Assembly: GCF_032444005.1 (NCBI RefSeq) | Contig: NC_091285.1 | Location: forward strand, 38,378,001 to 38,442,000 | Direction: 5' to 3' | Origin: Ranitomeya imitator | Lineage: Eukaryota | Length of the DNA stretch: 64,000 nucleotides | In this document: in pieces, positions 38,218-50,798 of the stretch | Position numbering within the stretch: the first letter of the stretch is position 1 | Layout of the letters: each line of letters begins with the position of its first letter | The notes under the pieces: generated by a model | Databases searched by the model: none | Told to the model about the DNA's origin: nothing | The model's input: only the letters and a program-made list of their open reading frames with translations | Made by a program: the position numbers and the translations under genes

Positions 38218-38858
38218 TAAAGTTGTTGTGCATCCCCAGCCTAAGGGTATATTCACACAGTGTTGTTTTGAGACTGAAAAATCTGGTGTGGTTTTCAGGA
38301 GAAAACCCATGAAGTGTCTGATGATATTTTAAGTTAGGATGTGGCTTTTGATGTCCCGTTTAATCTTTTTTCCAGTCTTTTGAAAACCTTGCCTTAAAAA
38401 AACAACAACAAAACAATGGATTGCCCATTGATATAAATAGTATTTAGGAGTGAATCTGCTTCAAAATTCACATAAAGAAAACGCTTGAAATATTCCTCCT
38501 ATTCATTTGAATAGGAAAATCCACTTTACTGTTCATACTACAAGGGTTTTGAGAACTTTTTATTTGGCATCCGACTTCTATGAGATGGGTTCCTCATGAA
38601 ATATCAGAACAAAATACTGGGAAAAAAAACTAAAGAAAGTGAACCCCCCTAAAAAAAACCCCATAAGGTTGCAATTACTGAAATGGATCCCTCTTGAAAA
38701 CCATGTTGATTCTCCCCCAGCAAAAAAAAAAAAGTATGAACATACACTCAAGTCAAAAGCCTGAAAAAAATGCAAGGAAAAAAAAAACTTTAACACATTG
38801 CTTCTGAAATAGGAAGAAAAAATAAAATCTATGGGGGCTGAATGAATGGATATGATTA

Positions 38859-39052
38859 GGCCACATTCACACGTTCAGTATTTGGTCAGTATTTTACCTC
38901 AGTATTTGTAATCGAAAACCAGGAGTGGGTGAGAAATACAGAAGCGGTGATGTGTTTCTATTATACTTTTCCTCTGATTGTTCCACTCCTGGTTTTGGCT
39001 TACACATACTGAGGTAAAAAACTGACCAAATACTGAATGTGTGAACATGGCC
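38859..39052. mobile_element. Harbinger MITE about 100 bp upstream of the ZP4-B TATA box
   Basis: TIRs GGCCACATTCACAC and GTGTGAACATGGCC, TTA/TTG flanks. Same family as 18487-18853. Confidence 0.8.
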
Positions 39053-39087
39053 TTGTATCCCAGGATAAATGTGGGTGTATTTGACCC

Positions 39088-39164
39088 TGATAATAGACAC
39101 CTAGAGGTTCTCCCATCTCTGTCCAATCACAATGGAGCCCTCCCCTCCCCCTCACTATATATAG
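39088..39164 (+). promoter_or_regulatory. ZP4-B proximal promoter
   Basis: TGATAA (39088), CCAATCAC (39123), pyrimidine/GC stretch, TATATATAG (39156-39164). Confidence 0.55.
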
Positions 39165-39207
39165 GACTTCCGTGTGCTCAGGGCTAGTATTGGGAACTAC
39201 AGCCACA

Positions 39208-39849
39208 ATGGGTTGGAGTAAGCAGCACCTGGGCCTGGCCATGTTGGTTTGGTGCTGTAGTTTCCAATGTTTAGTCTCTGGCCTCAGTCGGTTTTTGGAT
39301 GAAGTTTCCAGTCTGCAGTGTCGGCCTAGTTCTATGAGGTTTTCTATTCCCACCATACATGAGGAGTTCAATTCTGCTTTGTTCGTGTTGGGTGAGTATA
39401 ATTTATTTTATCCTTTGATTTAGTATTCTTGTAGTATGGGGGTTATTGGTCCTGATTCATCCATGATGTCAAATCACAAAACTCAAGATTATAATTTTAT
39501 GCTAAGAAAGTATACCTCACATATAGACTTTTAGGTTTGCTGTGTATGTAGTGTGTTTTTGTTTTTTTTGTTTTTTTTTTTCTTGGAACCCCAGATGCAA
39601 AATATCAGACTCCCCAAAGAGGCACATCTAGCTTCATCAGGTGCTTACCCTGCATACAGGCTATAGATCTATGTAGGGAAATATATGTAGAGATATATTC
39701 AATTGAGAAGCAGTTATGCCCTATGAGCCTGTATGCAGAGAAAGCCCCTGATGAAGCCAGATGTCACTAAAGCTTTACTCACATTTGGCTTCATCAGGGG
39801 CTTTCTTTACGCAAAGGCTTGTAGAGCAAAACTCCTTCCTAATTGAAAA

Positions 39850-39914
<65 letters not shown>

Positions 39915-42900
39915 CAATTGTATAAGTAGTATTGTGCTGAGCATGTATGTACGGAAAGCGCCTGATGAAGCTAGACGAGCTCTTTATTCACATTTGGCTT
40001 TGTCAGGTGCTTTCTCTACATACAGGCTCGTAGAGCTAAGCTACTTTCCAATTATGTCATCTGTATAATGTGGTGATACTTCACTCTTGAACAGCTATTT
40101 CTCCTTGCAGCTGACCTGCTATATCCTAAATGCTGCAATACCAGATCCAGCCTTTAATCAAGAGGGGCACTGTTTGTAAGCCATGGGGGGTTTTTTGTTC
40201 GTGTGTTTTTTTTTTTTTTGTTTTTTTTTTTGTTTTTTTTTTTCATTGGGTCACCCAGTGGTAGACAGTCTTCACTGTGATATGCACTCATACATAGTGA
40301 AAACTGAACCCAAACTCTGTTTAGACAGCATTTCAAAGGTTTGTTACATTAAAAAAAAAAACAGCTTTTAGCTTCTCTCCCTTGGTCCTATCCATAGTTG
40401 GAAATGCAGAACACTTGATGGATGATTATTAATTCAGTAAAAACTTATGGAAGGATATTACCCATATTACAAGCTTTGATGACCAACATGGAGTAACACC
40501 TAATTATGGAAGTTTGTACTTTGTCTTCCAGATTCTAAAGGAAATCCTCAAGATCTGCGCAATGACTCCACTTGTGGATTGTGGGTAGGACAAAATCTAG
40601 ATTCCTCGGTGATCGTCAATGCTGCTTATGATGGCTGCTACGTCAGAGAAGAGGTGAGACTCGTGCTCATAAGCAGATGCTTGGAGGCATTGACTGGCTG
40701 CATTTTGGTCTGTGGTAACCCACATGACTGACTGCCCTTGCTTCACCATTGATAGGATATCCCCCCAAAATGTCTTGTACTCGCCCCCAAAAAATTAACT
40801 AAAATTAAGTTACAATTGTCATTTTAAAGCCAAATAAGTGTGTATATCCATGCTTTATTAAACGGAAGCATGTAACAACTTTTTGGCAGCTGCAGAAAAT
40901 TTGGGGAATGCTTGTAATCATCTAGACTCCAATGCCCAACTGCTTTGCTGTCCCTTCATATAAACTACCAAGCTATGACCACTCATTCAGTGAGTCGCGT
41001 GTCTAAAATTCAATTCAAATGAGCTTTATTGGCAGGACTAAGTACATGTTAGCATTGCCAAAGCATATGGTAAAAATACAGGGATGGGGGAGGGGGGGGC
41101 ATATAGAGGTCCAGGGTACATCAGACTTCTTTTAGAGGATAGGGGATGTTTCCAGGGTGGGGTATAGGAGTCCATGACATATCAGGCTCTTTAGTCGGGG
41201 GATAGGGATTTGTCCAGTGTTGGGGTACGGGAGTCCATGACATATCAGGCTCCTCTTAGTCTGTGGCAGGCACTGACATATTCCGCTGCTACGGCCACTG
41301 AACTTTCCTCTTCCCCCAGTATTATCGGTAGTTTCTCTTCCTCCTCCATGGAGGTGAAGTCTGGGAGGAGATCAGACACTCTTGAAGTGAGTGTCCCTCA
41401 CTGCGGAGTATTTGGGGCACCTCAGCAGGAAGTGGGCCTCATCCTCCACGGCCTCCTGGGGGCACTGCTGGCAGGGTCTGCTCTCTCGGGGCTTGTAGTT
41501 CAGTCAGTGCCGCCCGGATTCGATGAGTAGGCTGTGGGTGCTCAGTCTGTACCGGCTCAGGATCTGTTGATCTTTGGGGTTTTCTAGTTTCTCTAGCTAT
41601 GGGGTCAGTTTCTACTCCCTCTGTAGATTCTGGTATATTGTCAGTTTCTTAGATTTGTTTGTCGTTCCTCCAGATGCTGAGATAATCCTCTTTGACTTTG
41701 TGTATCATCTTCTGGATTTCACCTTTGTCAGGCCATGGAGGTTGATGGCTTGGTCAGACTGGCTTTGGGTACTTTTTCTTGGGAGGCTTCCTGGTGTAGG
41801 AGGGCTTTGTGATGGTAGGAGCTGGGAATGACAGTGCCTTCTTTATTGCGATGTGTAGTGGGAATCTGCCCTGCTCTGCTCGGCAGGCGCTATTTGATGT
41901 GCTCCGATGGACTTGGAGAAATGCATATAAGTGTGATGTATAAATACTTAAAAACAAGGAACGCACGACTATCTGCCTGTATGATAAACTGAGTGATCTA
42001 CACTTCTAATACTTCTGTAACTCTTGTTTTAGCTCGGAGAACATGTGATGACTCTGATCATGGAACGTATAAATAATGGTGAAGTGGAACATGATAAAAA
42101 GGACCTTAAATGTCCTTCATTGCCAGGTAACTCCATGGTTTCTAGATCCATATCTTATATCGTTCCTGTGGCTTAGAACTCTAGTACTGAGCAGATGACC
42201 TCCAGTTCTCTCATGCTTGAGCCACCTTCAATAATTGGCCCCATAAATGTATTAGTATATAGTACCTATACACCACATGCCACCCTAGTGCTTTTCCTGG
42301 CAGTTGCATGGCCATAAAGAATAGTATGACCACTGAGTGGCGTCCATTATGTGTCCAAATGAGGATTAAGGTGGCTTATGGAAGTGCCTTCTCTTGGTAG
42401 ACAGAAGTCCTCCATTACATGACACATGGACTGAGGTCTACCAAAGCAAAAAAACTACTGGGTCACTACAAAAGTTCTCACCAGGCTCTGAGCCATTGTC
42501 TAAAGTCTTATCTTTAAGACTAACCCTAACTTTTAACGTTGAGTGAAAATCATTCCTTGAACCCCCTATATATGCACAGTAGATATGTGCCACAGTAGTC
42601 AAGACTCCAGATGGCAGCTGAAATTGTGGTTTCCATAAGATTATGAAGATGGATATTTCCTTTGTCTTGAGTGCAAACAAGTGGTCTCATGCTTGGCTCG
42701 GTTGGCAATACCATTCCGGGCACCTTGGTGGTTGTAGTTTTGCAGCAGTTAAAGGTAGATGGTTAATGAGACATCTTTCATAGCTTTGGATGCTCCAAGC
42801 CCTAGTGACTGTGCTGCTATCAAGACGACTGACCGTCTACAGTGTGCAAATTCATCTGTGCCTCAGGATGTCTGTAATCGACTAGGATGCTGCTTTTCTC

Positions 42901-45900
42901 CTGGAGCCTTGCCCCAATGTTATTACGGGAACAAATGTAAGTAATAAGAACTAAAATGTTTCTAGCAAAAAATACTTCTGCATCTGTCCCTAAATTGTTG
43001 TAAAGTTGCTAATTTCTAATAAAGGGGTGCAACACCACACAACCTGTGGGGTTTTTTTTTTTTTGACAAACTTCTAAACTCAATCAGTATACAGTGTGTT
43101 CATTTGCACCTTCCAAAATTCATTCCTGGTCTCTTCGTTTACTCCTGTTCCAGTCACTGCCCTATGTACTGATGATGGTCAAGTTCTGATCGTACTTTCT
43201 AAAGAGCTGACTGCACCATCATTGATCTTTGAATCTGCCTTTGTCCATGGTGTGGATTCCTCATCCTGTCCGTCACTGAGAACTTCTAAGAATTCAGCTT
43301 TTCTAGTGTTTCAGTTTCCCCTCTCATGTGGTGGAGGAAGTCGGGTAAGTCTACTGTGAAGTCATCAAATGAATTTCCAAATTCCTAGGTTGGGTCTTGG
43401 CAATTTGACACCAACAGCATAAACTTTAGAAGTCTGTAGCCACTCAACAGTTGGCATATCTTCAACTAGACATGGATGTCACGACTTCTACATTATTTAT
43501 CCATTGGCAGGTCTTGGGTAACTCCATTGTATATGAGAATACAGTGGAAGCCACTAGGGATGTTAGGATATGGAAAGGCTCATCCATCACAAGAGACAGT
43601 ACGATGAGGTAAGATCAAATCTGTAACCTTGACATGAAGATATTTAACTTATGCCATGAAATTGTTGTTGGGACCGGGTCCTGTTCTCGTTGCCATTTTA
43701 ATAGGGGTGTTTAAAATCCCCAGAGTTGTGATATCACTCCGAACAAAAAAATGGGAGACTGAGTCTAGTGTAGGGAAGCGCCTGAAAAGCACAACATGCA
43801 TGGGTGGGTTTTTTTTTTTTTTTTTTTGGTAGGTGCACAAAATAACTTACAATATCTACCTCCTAGGCTGACAGTTCGATGTAGTTATTCCCAGACTGGC
43901 AACCTTCCATTACATGTTGAGGTGCTTACTCTGCCACCACCACTTCCAGTATCCACTACGGGACCTCTGCTGCTGGAGATGAGAATAGCTAAAGGTAACA
44001 AGTGGTCAAAGTGATGTCTAGTATAAAGGTGTGAGGGTCTACTAAAAATGAAGCCAGGCTTCACCTGTCAGTTTCACTTCTTCTGGTCCCTGGCGGTCTA
44101 ATTCCATGTCAAAACTTCATGTACGATTCCTGGCATCAAAGATGCTTGCATGGCACGAGACTACTCAGGCTAGTAGTTGGGCGTAGTAGCCATGTGTAAC
44201 TTATCTTTACTGCCATCTAATAAAGAACCACTAAAGTGGTGGTACTTGAGCAGCATGGGTTTTGGGTAGACGAGTAAGATGTTCTCTAGAAGAGCCATTA
44301 AAGTATGACAAATACTACCATAGTGCTTCACATTGGAGCTTGCCAATGATGTTGTACTTATTAATTGGTGGAGAAAAGTTCAACTTGATGAACCAAGTAG
44401 CATGTCCATCTCCTATAAGACTACTACTCGTTAATCTCTTGGTAGCATGTATAAAACTGACCCATCATGGTTCTACATCTTGCATTTGCTATATTAACTC
44501 TTGGCCTTCTGATCAAATCTTATCTTGTAGATGATGCATATGCAGTATACTTCATGGACAATGAGTATCCAGTAACTAAATTTCTAAGAGATCCAGTTTT
44601 CTTGGAAGTCCGCATTCTGAGAAGAACAGATCCAAGCCTGGTCCTAATGTTGGATGACTGCTGGGCCACGTCTACTTCAGATCCCACACAAGAAGTCCAG
44701 TGGCCTATACTTGTAGATGGGTAAATCTTAAAATATAACTTCTAGGAGGGAGCAAAAGCTTAATTTTGTATAAAGGGTAACTGAAAGTTTATTTCAGATG
44801 CCCCTTTCCTGGAGATAACTACAGGACGAAGCAATACTCGGTTGAAACTCCCTCACAGAGATTGCAGTACCCAACACACTACCAACGTTTCATTGTCAAC
44901 ACCTTCACATTTCTGGATGCAAATGACCAACCTTCAACTGGTGGACTGGTGAATGTCTTTAGCCTTTACTGTAGTAGATGGAATAGAGGTAGTAATATTA
45001 GGAAATGTACTGAAAGACCTAAATGCCCAAAATGACAGCAATGTGGGGGAGCTTGGAGGGGAATGTCAAAACATGGGTGTAAAACTTAGTATGTCCATAA
45101 CATGCATTGGACCTAAACAAATGCCATGATTATGGTCTTAATTGCCTTTTCTACTATGCATCCCAGGTGTACTTCCACTGCAGTGCCGCAGTTTGTGTAG
45201 CAGATGGGACACAATCTTGTAGAACCTCATGCCCACAAAGAAAAAGTAAGGGTTTTACTTTTAGGACTTCTAATTATTGACTGGCCAAGCATAACTGTTT
45301 TCAATGTTGTCTAACTGCAGGACGAGACATTGAGGAAAGTGGTGAGAAGATCACAGTGAGCAAAGGTCCAGTTCACTTCATTGACCCTAAAATGCCATCA
45401 CAGACAAAGGGTGACATGTCTACTAGCATGCAAGGTATGTTGCCCCTTACCGGTTCATCTGGTAGATGTCCTGATGGAGAAACATGGGTGTTGCCTAAAC
45501 CACCCACTTCTGTGTTCGGTTGAGCAAAGGGTTCTAGAATGCTACTTTTTTTTTTTTTTTTTTTTTTGGGACTTTGTCTACCAGCAGGAGACATCTGGGA
45601 CTATGATACACAGAATGAAACGGCTGTACCAGATTTCATAGGTGCTGAAAAGGAAGATCATGTGGATGGGGACTTAATTGAAATAACCAAGAATTTCCCC
45701 AGAAGAGTCAAAGGTAATGATGGCAACACATGGACTTACTTTCTGACTTTGGGCTGTCCATTTATTTACTTATTTATTTTTCCAGACTTTGAATCGGATG
45801 ACTCCACCCTGGTGTGGCTCAAAGCGGTGGCTGTAGGAGGAGGGATCTTTACTTTAACGATGGCAGTACTTGGTGTCTGGCGGTGCCAAAAAAGTCAGAG

Positions 45901-45928
45901 GCCCACAATGTATTCTGTAAAAATATGA
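39208..45928 (+). CDS. zp4: Zona pellucida glycoprotein 4 (ZPB)-like, copy B; 12 core exons (548 aa) plus a candidate extra exon (591 aa)
   Basis: Exons 39208-39391, 40532-40653, 42033-42126, 42784-42936, 43154-43344, 43511-43608, 43867-43994, 44531-44720, 44798-44948, 45167-45245, 45321-45434, [45585-45713], 45786-45928. All are GT-AG with the same phases as copy A and no stops. Trefoil, ZP module, furin RKRR, EHP TVSKGPVHF and TM are all present. Confidence 0.92.
41006..41925 (-). mobile_element. Degenerate 3' fragment of a CR1/L2-group LINE in ZP4-B intron 2
   Basis: Minus-strand translation gives LQVHRSTSNSACRAEQGRFPL and RYRLSTHSLLIESGRH*...CQQCPQEAVEDEAHFLLRCPKY (C-terminal zinc-knuckle), followed by a TTTGAA/ATTGA-type tail. 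Confidence 0.75.
45585..45713 (+). CDS. Candidate extra symmetric exon of ZP4-B (43 codons)
   Basis: T-rich tract, tandem CAG-CAG acceptor and AAG|GTAATG donor. The exon is 129 nt, phase 1/1, with no stop, and encodes AGDIWDYDTQNETAVPDFIGAEKEDHVDGDLIEITKNFPRRVK. Confidence 0.6.
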
Positions 45929-45986
45929 ATAAAGTAACATCCTCCATAAATACGTGTGATATATTCATTAAATGGCATCATAGAGA

Positions 45987-48482
45987 ATGTTAAACATGGT
46001 GTGGAAGGGTACTTATGTAAAAGTAATAAAACTACTAACAGAAAGCATGGAAAGTCTACTTCTAAAGCAGATAGATGAAGCTGCAACCCATAATGAGGTC
46101 CTGGTTATGGGGGACTTTAACTACCCGGATATTAACTGGGAAACAGAAACCTGTGAAACCCATAAAGGCAACAGGTTTCTGCTAATAACCAAGAAAAATT
46201 ATCTTTCACAATTGGTGCAGAATCCAACCAGAGGAGCAGCACTTTTAGACCTAATACTATCTAATAGACCTGACAGAATAACAAATCTGCAGGTGGTTGG
46301 GCATTTAGGAAATAGCGACCACAATATTGTGCAGTTTCACCTGTCTTTCACTAGGGGGACTTGTCAGGGAGTCACAAAAACATTGAACTTTAGGAAGGCA
46401 AAGTTTGAACAGCTTAGAGATGCCCTTAATCTGGTAGACTGGGACAATATCCTCAGAAATGAGAATACAGATAATAAATGGAAAATGTTTAAGAACATCC
46501 TAAATAGGCAGTGTAAGCGGTTTATACCTTGTGGGAATAAAAGGACTAGAAATAGGAAAAACCCAATGTGGCTAAACAAAGAAGTAAGACAGGCAATTAA
46601 CAGTAAAAAGAAAGCATTTGCACTACTAAAGCAGGATGGCACCATTGAAGCTCTAAAAAACTATAGGGAGAAAAATACTTTATCTAAAAAACTAATTAAA
46701 GCTGCCAAAAAGGAAACAGAGAAGCACATTGCTAAGGAGAGTAAAACTAATCCCAAACTGTTCTTCAACTATATCAATAGTAAAAGAATAAAAACTGAAA
46801 ATGTAGGCCCCTTAAAAAATAGTGAGGAAAGAATGGTTGTAGATGACGAGGAAAAAGCTAACATATTAAACACCTTCTTCTCCACGGTATTCACGGTGGA
46901 AAATGAAATGCTAGGTGAAATCCCAAGAAACAATGAAAACCCTATATTAAGGGTCACCAATCTAACCCAAGAAGAGGTGCGAAACCGGCTAAATAAGATT
47001 AAAATAGATAAATCTCCGGGTCCGGATGGCATACACCCACGAGTACTAAGGGAACTAAGTAATGTAATAGATAAACCATTATTTCTTATTTTTAGTGACT
47101 CTATAGCGACAGGGTCTGTTCCGCAGGACTGGCGCATAGCAAATGTGGTGCCAATATTCAAAAAGGGCTCTAAAAGTGAACCTGGAAATTATAGGCCAGT
47201 AAGTCTAACCTCTATTGTTGGTAAAATATTTGAAGGGTTTCTGAGGGATGTTATTCTGGATTATCTCAATGAGAATAACTGTTTAACTCCATATCAGCAT
47301 GGGTTTATGAGAAATCGCTCCTGTCAAACCAATCTAATCAGTTTTTATGAAGAGGTAAGCTATAGACTGGACCACGGTGAGTCATTGGACGTGGTATATC
47401 TCGATCTTTCCAAAGCGTTTGATACCGTGCCGCACAAGAGGTTGGTACACAAAATGAGAATGCTTGGTCTGGGGGAAAATGTGTGTAAATGGGTTAGTAA
47501 CTGGCTTAGTGATAGAAAGCAGAGGGTGGTTATAAATGGTATAGTCTCTAACTGGGTCGCTGTGACCAGTGGGGTACCGCAGGGGTCAGTATTGGGACCT
47601 GTTCTCTTCAACATATTCATTAATGATCTGGTAGAAGGTTTACACAGTAAAATATCGATATTTGCAGATGATACAAAACTATGTAAAGCAGTTAATACAA
47701 GAGAAGATAGTATTCTGCTACAGATGGATCTGGATAAGTTGGAAACTTGGGCTGAAAGGTGGCAGATGAGGTTTAACAATGATAAATGTAAGGTTATACA
47801 CATGGGAAGAGGGAATCAATATCACCATTACACACTGAACGGGAAACCACTGGGTAAATCTGACAGGGAGAAGGACTTGGGGATCCTAGTTAATGATAAA
47901 CTTACCTGGAGCAGCCAGTGCCAGGCAGCAGCTGCCAAGGCAAACAGGATCATGGGGTGCATTAAAAGAGGTCTGGATACACATGATGAGAGCATTATAC
48001 TGCCTCTGTACAAATCCCTAGTTAGACCGCACATGGAGTACTGTGTCCAGTTTTGGGCACCGGTGCTCAGGAAGGATATAATGGAACTAGAGAGAGTACA
48101 AAGGAGGGCAACAAAATTAATAAAGGGGATGGGAGAACTACAATACCCAGATAGATTAGCGAAATTAGGATTATTTAGTCTAGAAAAAAGACGACTGAGG
48201 GGCGATCTAATAACCATGTATAAGTATATAAGGGGACAATACAAATATCTCGCTGAGGATCTGTTTATACCAAGGAAGGTGACGGGCACAAGGGGGCATT
48301 CTTTGCGTCTGGAGGAGAGAAGGTTTTTCCACCAACATAGAAGAGGATTCTTTACTGTTAGGGCAGTGAGAATCTGGAATTGCTTGCCTGAGGAGGTGGT
48401 GATGGCGAACTCAGTCGAGGGGTTCAAGAGAGGCCTGGATGTCTTCCTGGAGCAGAACAATATTGTATCATACAATTATTAG
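45987..48482 (+). CDS. CR1 ORF2 remnant: truncated endonuclease plus intact reverse transcriptase (831-aa open frame beginning in flanking DNA)
   Basis: [80 protein letters not shown]. No stops. Confidence 0.92.
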   Translation: MLNMVWKGTYVKVIKLLTESMESLLLKQIDEAATHNEVLVMGDFNYPDINWETETCETHKGNRFLLITKKNYLSQLVQNPTRGAALLDLILSNRPDRITNLQVVGHLGNSDHNIVQFHLSFTRGTCQGVTKTLNFRKAKFEQLRDALNLVDWDNILRNENTDNKWKMFKNILNRQCKRFIPCGNKRTRNRKNPMWLNKEVRQAINSKKKAFALLKQDGTIEALKNYREKNTLSKKLIKAAKKETEKHIAKESKTNPKLFFNYINSKRIKTENVGPLKNSEERMVVDDEEKANILNTFFSTVFTVENEMLGEIPRNNENPILRVTNLTQEEVRNRLNKIKIDKSPGPDGIHPRVLRELSNVIDKPLFLIFSDSIATGSVPQDWRIANVVPIFKKGSKSEPGNYRPVSLTSIVGKIFEGFLRDVILDYLNENNCLTPYQHGFMRNRSCQTNLISFYEEVSYRLDHGESLDVVYLDLSKAFDTVPHKRLVHKMRMLGLGENVCKWVSNWLSDRKQRVVINGIVSNWVAVTSGVPQGSVLGPVLFNIFINDLVEGLHSKISIFADDTKLCKAVNTREDSILLQMDLDKLETWAERWQMRFNNDKCKVIHMGRGNQYHHYTLNGKPLGKSDREKDLGILVNDKLTWSSQCQAAAAKANRIMGCIKRGLDTHDESIILPLYKSLVRPHMEYCVQFWAPVLRKDIMELERVQRRATKLIKGMGELQYPDRLAKLGLFSLEKRRLRGDLITMYKYIRGQYKYLAEDLFIPRKVTGTRGHSLRLEERRFFHQHRRGFFTVRAVRIWNCLPEEVVMANSVEGFKRGLDVFLEQNNIVSYNY

Positions 48483-48588
48483 GTTCTGTAGAAGGACGTA
48501 GATCTGGGGATTTATTATGATGGAATATAGGCTGAACTGGATGGACAAATGTCTTTTTTCGGCCTTACTAACTATGTTACTATGTTAC
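46030..48588 (+). mobile_element. CR1 LINE, 5'-truncated (5' boundary approximate)
   Basis: CR1 ORF2, 3' UTR and an 8-bp tail repeat (TATGTTAC)x2 at about 48572-48588. Confidence 0.9.
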
Positions 48589-48924
48589 TGATAAAAGGTT
48601 GTAAAGTACATGTGGCCTCATAACAAGCAGAGCTGCTCATGGTGGTAAAACATGCCAATCTTTTTCAACTTTAGGCTGATACTACAATAAACGCAATTTC
48701 CCTGGAGATGTTCCACCTCATGCCATGTGTCAGCAGTAACCTCCCATTGGCACCATGGTGTAGCTCACAACTTCTACAGCTTGGTATCTTTAGAACAATC
48801 GGATACAGCAGAAGCTTTCTAAAGCGTGAAAATACTGCAATATTAACAGAAACCATGATGAGTGAATGTGGTGGGATAAGGTATTATCTGAGGTGCATAA
48901 TTAAAAAAAAAAAAAAAAAAAAAT

Positions 48925-49139
48925 GTCTGAGTCCCTGCGGCTCCATGTCTCACGGCTGTTCAACAGCTGCAACGCATGCAGGGATTGCCTAACAGACCGA
49001 CAGTCCCTGCATGTGATGTGGTTGTCGAACAGCCGCGAGACATGCAGCCGTGGGGACTCGAATATAACTATTCAAAGGCACTTGGTTAGCACTTGAGCAG
49101 GCTCATAACACCTTATCCCAGCACATTCGCTCAGCACTA
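48925..49139. mobile_element. Partial copy of the 589-897 palindromic MITE
   Basis: Shares GTCCCTGCGGCT...CATGCAGGGATTGCC...ATAACACCTTATCCCAGCAC. Confidence 0.75.
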
Positions 49140-50798
49140 AAGACATTTAATAGTCTCTCATACATGAGATTTTTATTCAGCTACTGGAAAGTTAATGGGG
49201 TATTCCCATATTAGAAAATGGATGGCTTATCGGTTTATAATCGTTGAGCTGTGACCTCCACAGAGCCAGATCGTGAGGGTTATAACATTGTGCTGCCTAC
49301 TTTACCCCATCCTAAAAGTTTAATTGAGTCTGTGCTGCTCTTCTCCACCCAGTGAGTATTGGGAGCATCACTGTGCAGTAAACCAGTGAAGAAGATGGAC
49401 TAGATCTGTGAACGCCAAATTCACAGGATCATTGGAGTCATTAAATGGTACAGCTGGATACGTGCTTCTCCCCCAATAAAAATTATACACTTATTTTATT
49501 TTTTTTATTTTTTTCAGGTTAGAGAGCCAATGTGCTGGTCACTAGACATCTAGTGAGAAAATTGCATGCAAATTAGGCTGGATGTGCACTAGGAGTGTCA
49601 GTGCACTTGGAAGAAGCAGTGTAAGTGCACTGCCACACCCACAGTGCTCTACCAGCCTGATCTGCATACAGCTTCTACACAAGATTTCTCATGACTGGCA
49701 TACTGAATCACTAAAAAAAATAAATCATTTTTATTGGTTTGACAAACCACTGTATGTATGGAAGTAATGGTATTCCTGTACAAAGTGCTGACAAGCTCCC
49801 TTTAAGGATGGACACCCACCAGTCATATGTGCAATACTTCATGCATGTTAGCCTATGGGATCGCATGATGCCATGTGTTTGTGATATCACACTTTCACAA
49901 TCACAAAAAATCCAGCAGGGAGTGAATATGGCGCAAAGATGAACTTGGACTTTGAAATTAGACCGCTGGAAAGGTGCAGGAGGTGGAGCCAGAGACCTAT
50001 CGCCCCCTGGTGGTAGGAGGCCTTGGAGGCTTCCAAATGGTATCCTGATATGACACAAAATTCTTACAAATTGGAAACTTATTTACAGGATATTCCAATA
50101 TGGAGGAGCAATGCATACAACATTTCAATGGAGTAAACTTCTGGGATGCTCACGTGTTTACAGATGGCTTTTCCCCAGTGAAGGCAATGTGCTGACATAC
50201 ATCACCAGCTGTACTCATCTGTCGCAGTATACCCAGTGTGGCCTACTCCACTCAATTCATGGTTTATAATACAGCACAAGCCCACTTCTTCCCTGACAGT
50301 CACAATAAGTCTACTGCCCCCCTAGATACTGGCCTTGTTACTCTCTGAGGTCCTCATCAGACACCACCATATGTTGCGCGGCTACAAAAAGTAGTACAGA
50401 ACTGTCTATCCAAATGCTAAAATCAATTTTCAGGGGTTACAGCAGCTAGTATCTCTCACTTTACTAAACAATGCCATTCTGATCCTTCACTTCCCAGGGA
50501 ACGGTGGAGATCTCTGGATTCTTTCACTGAGCAGCGCTACTGCCGATCTTGCTGCATGTCCATTGTGGGACTCTACAATAACCTATCTGAAGCCTAAACT
50601 ACCAGTCACTCCCACAGTATGAAGTATGCTACCCGCTTGCCCATCATTCTTCTCACTTCTTCACCATGTCAGTGTCACATATCAGTATGACATCCTCATG
50701 TGAGGCTGTCAAGTTTGGATCAGGAGACTCATAAACAGGATCCAAACTTGACCGACTCATATGAAGCTGTGAAGTTTGGGGCAGGAGACTTGTCATAA

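Noticed and set aside
45539-45928. Stand-alone 129-aa ORF
   Set aside because: It starts in an intronic T-run. It is the read-through of the candidate extra exon, a 72-nt intron and the last ZP4-B exon.
46364-48475. Antisense ORFs (93-215 aa) over the CR1, and similar ones over L2 and Ngaro
   Set aside because: Shadow frames of retroelement coding sequence with no independent motifs.
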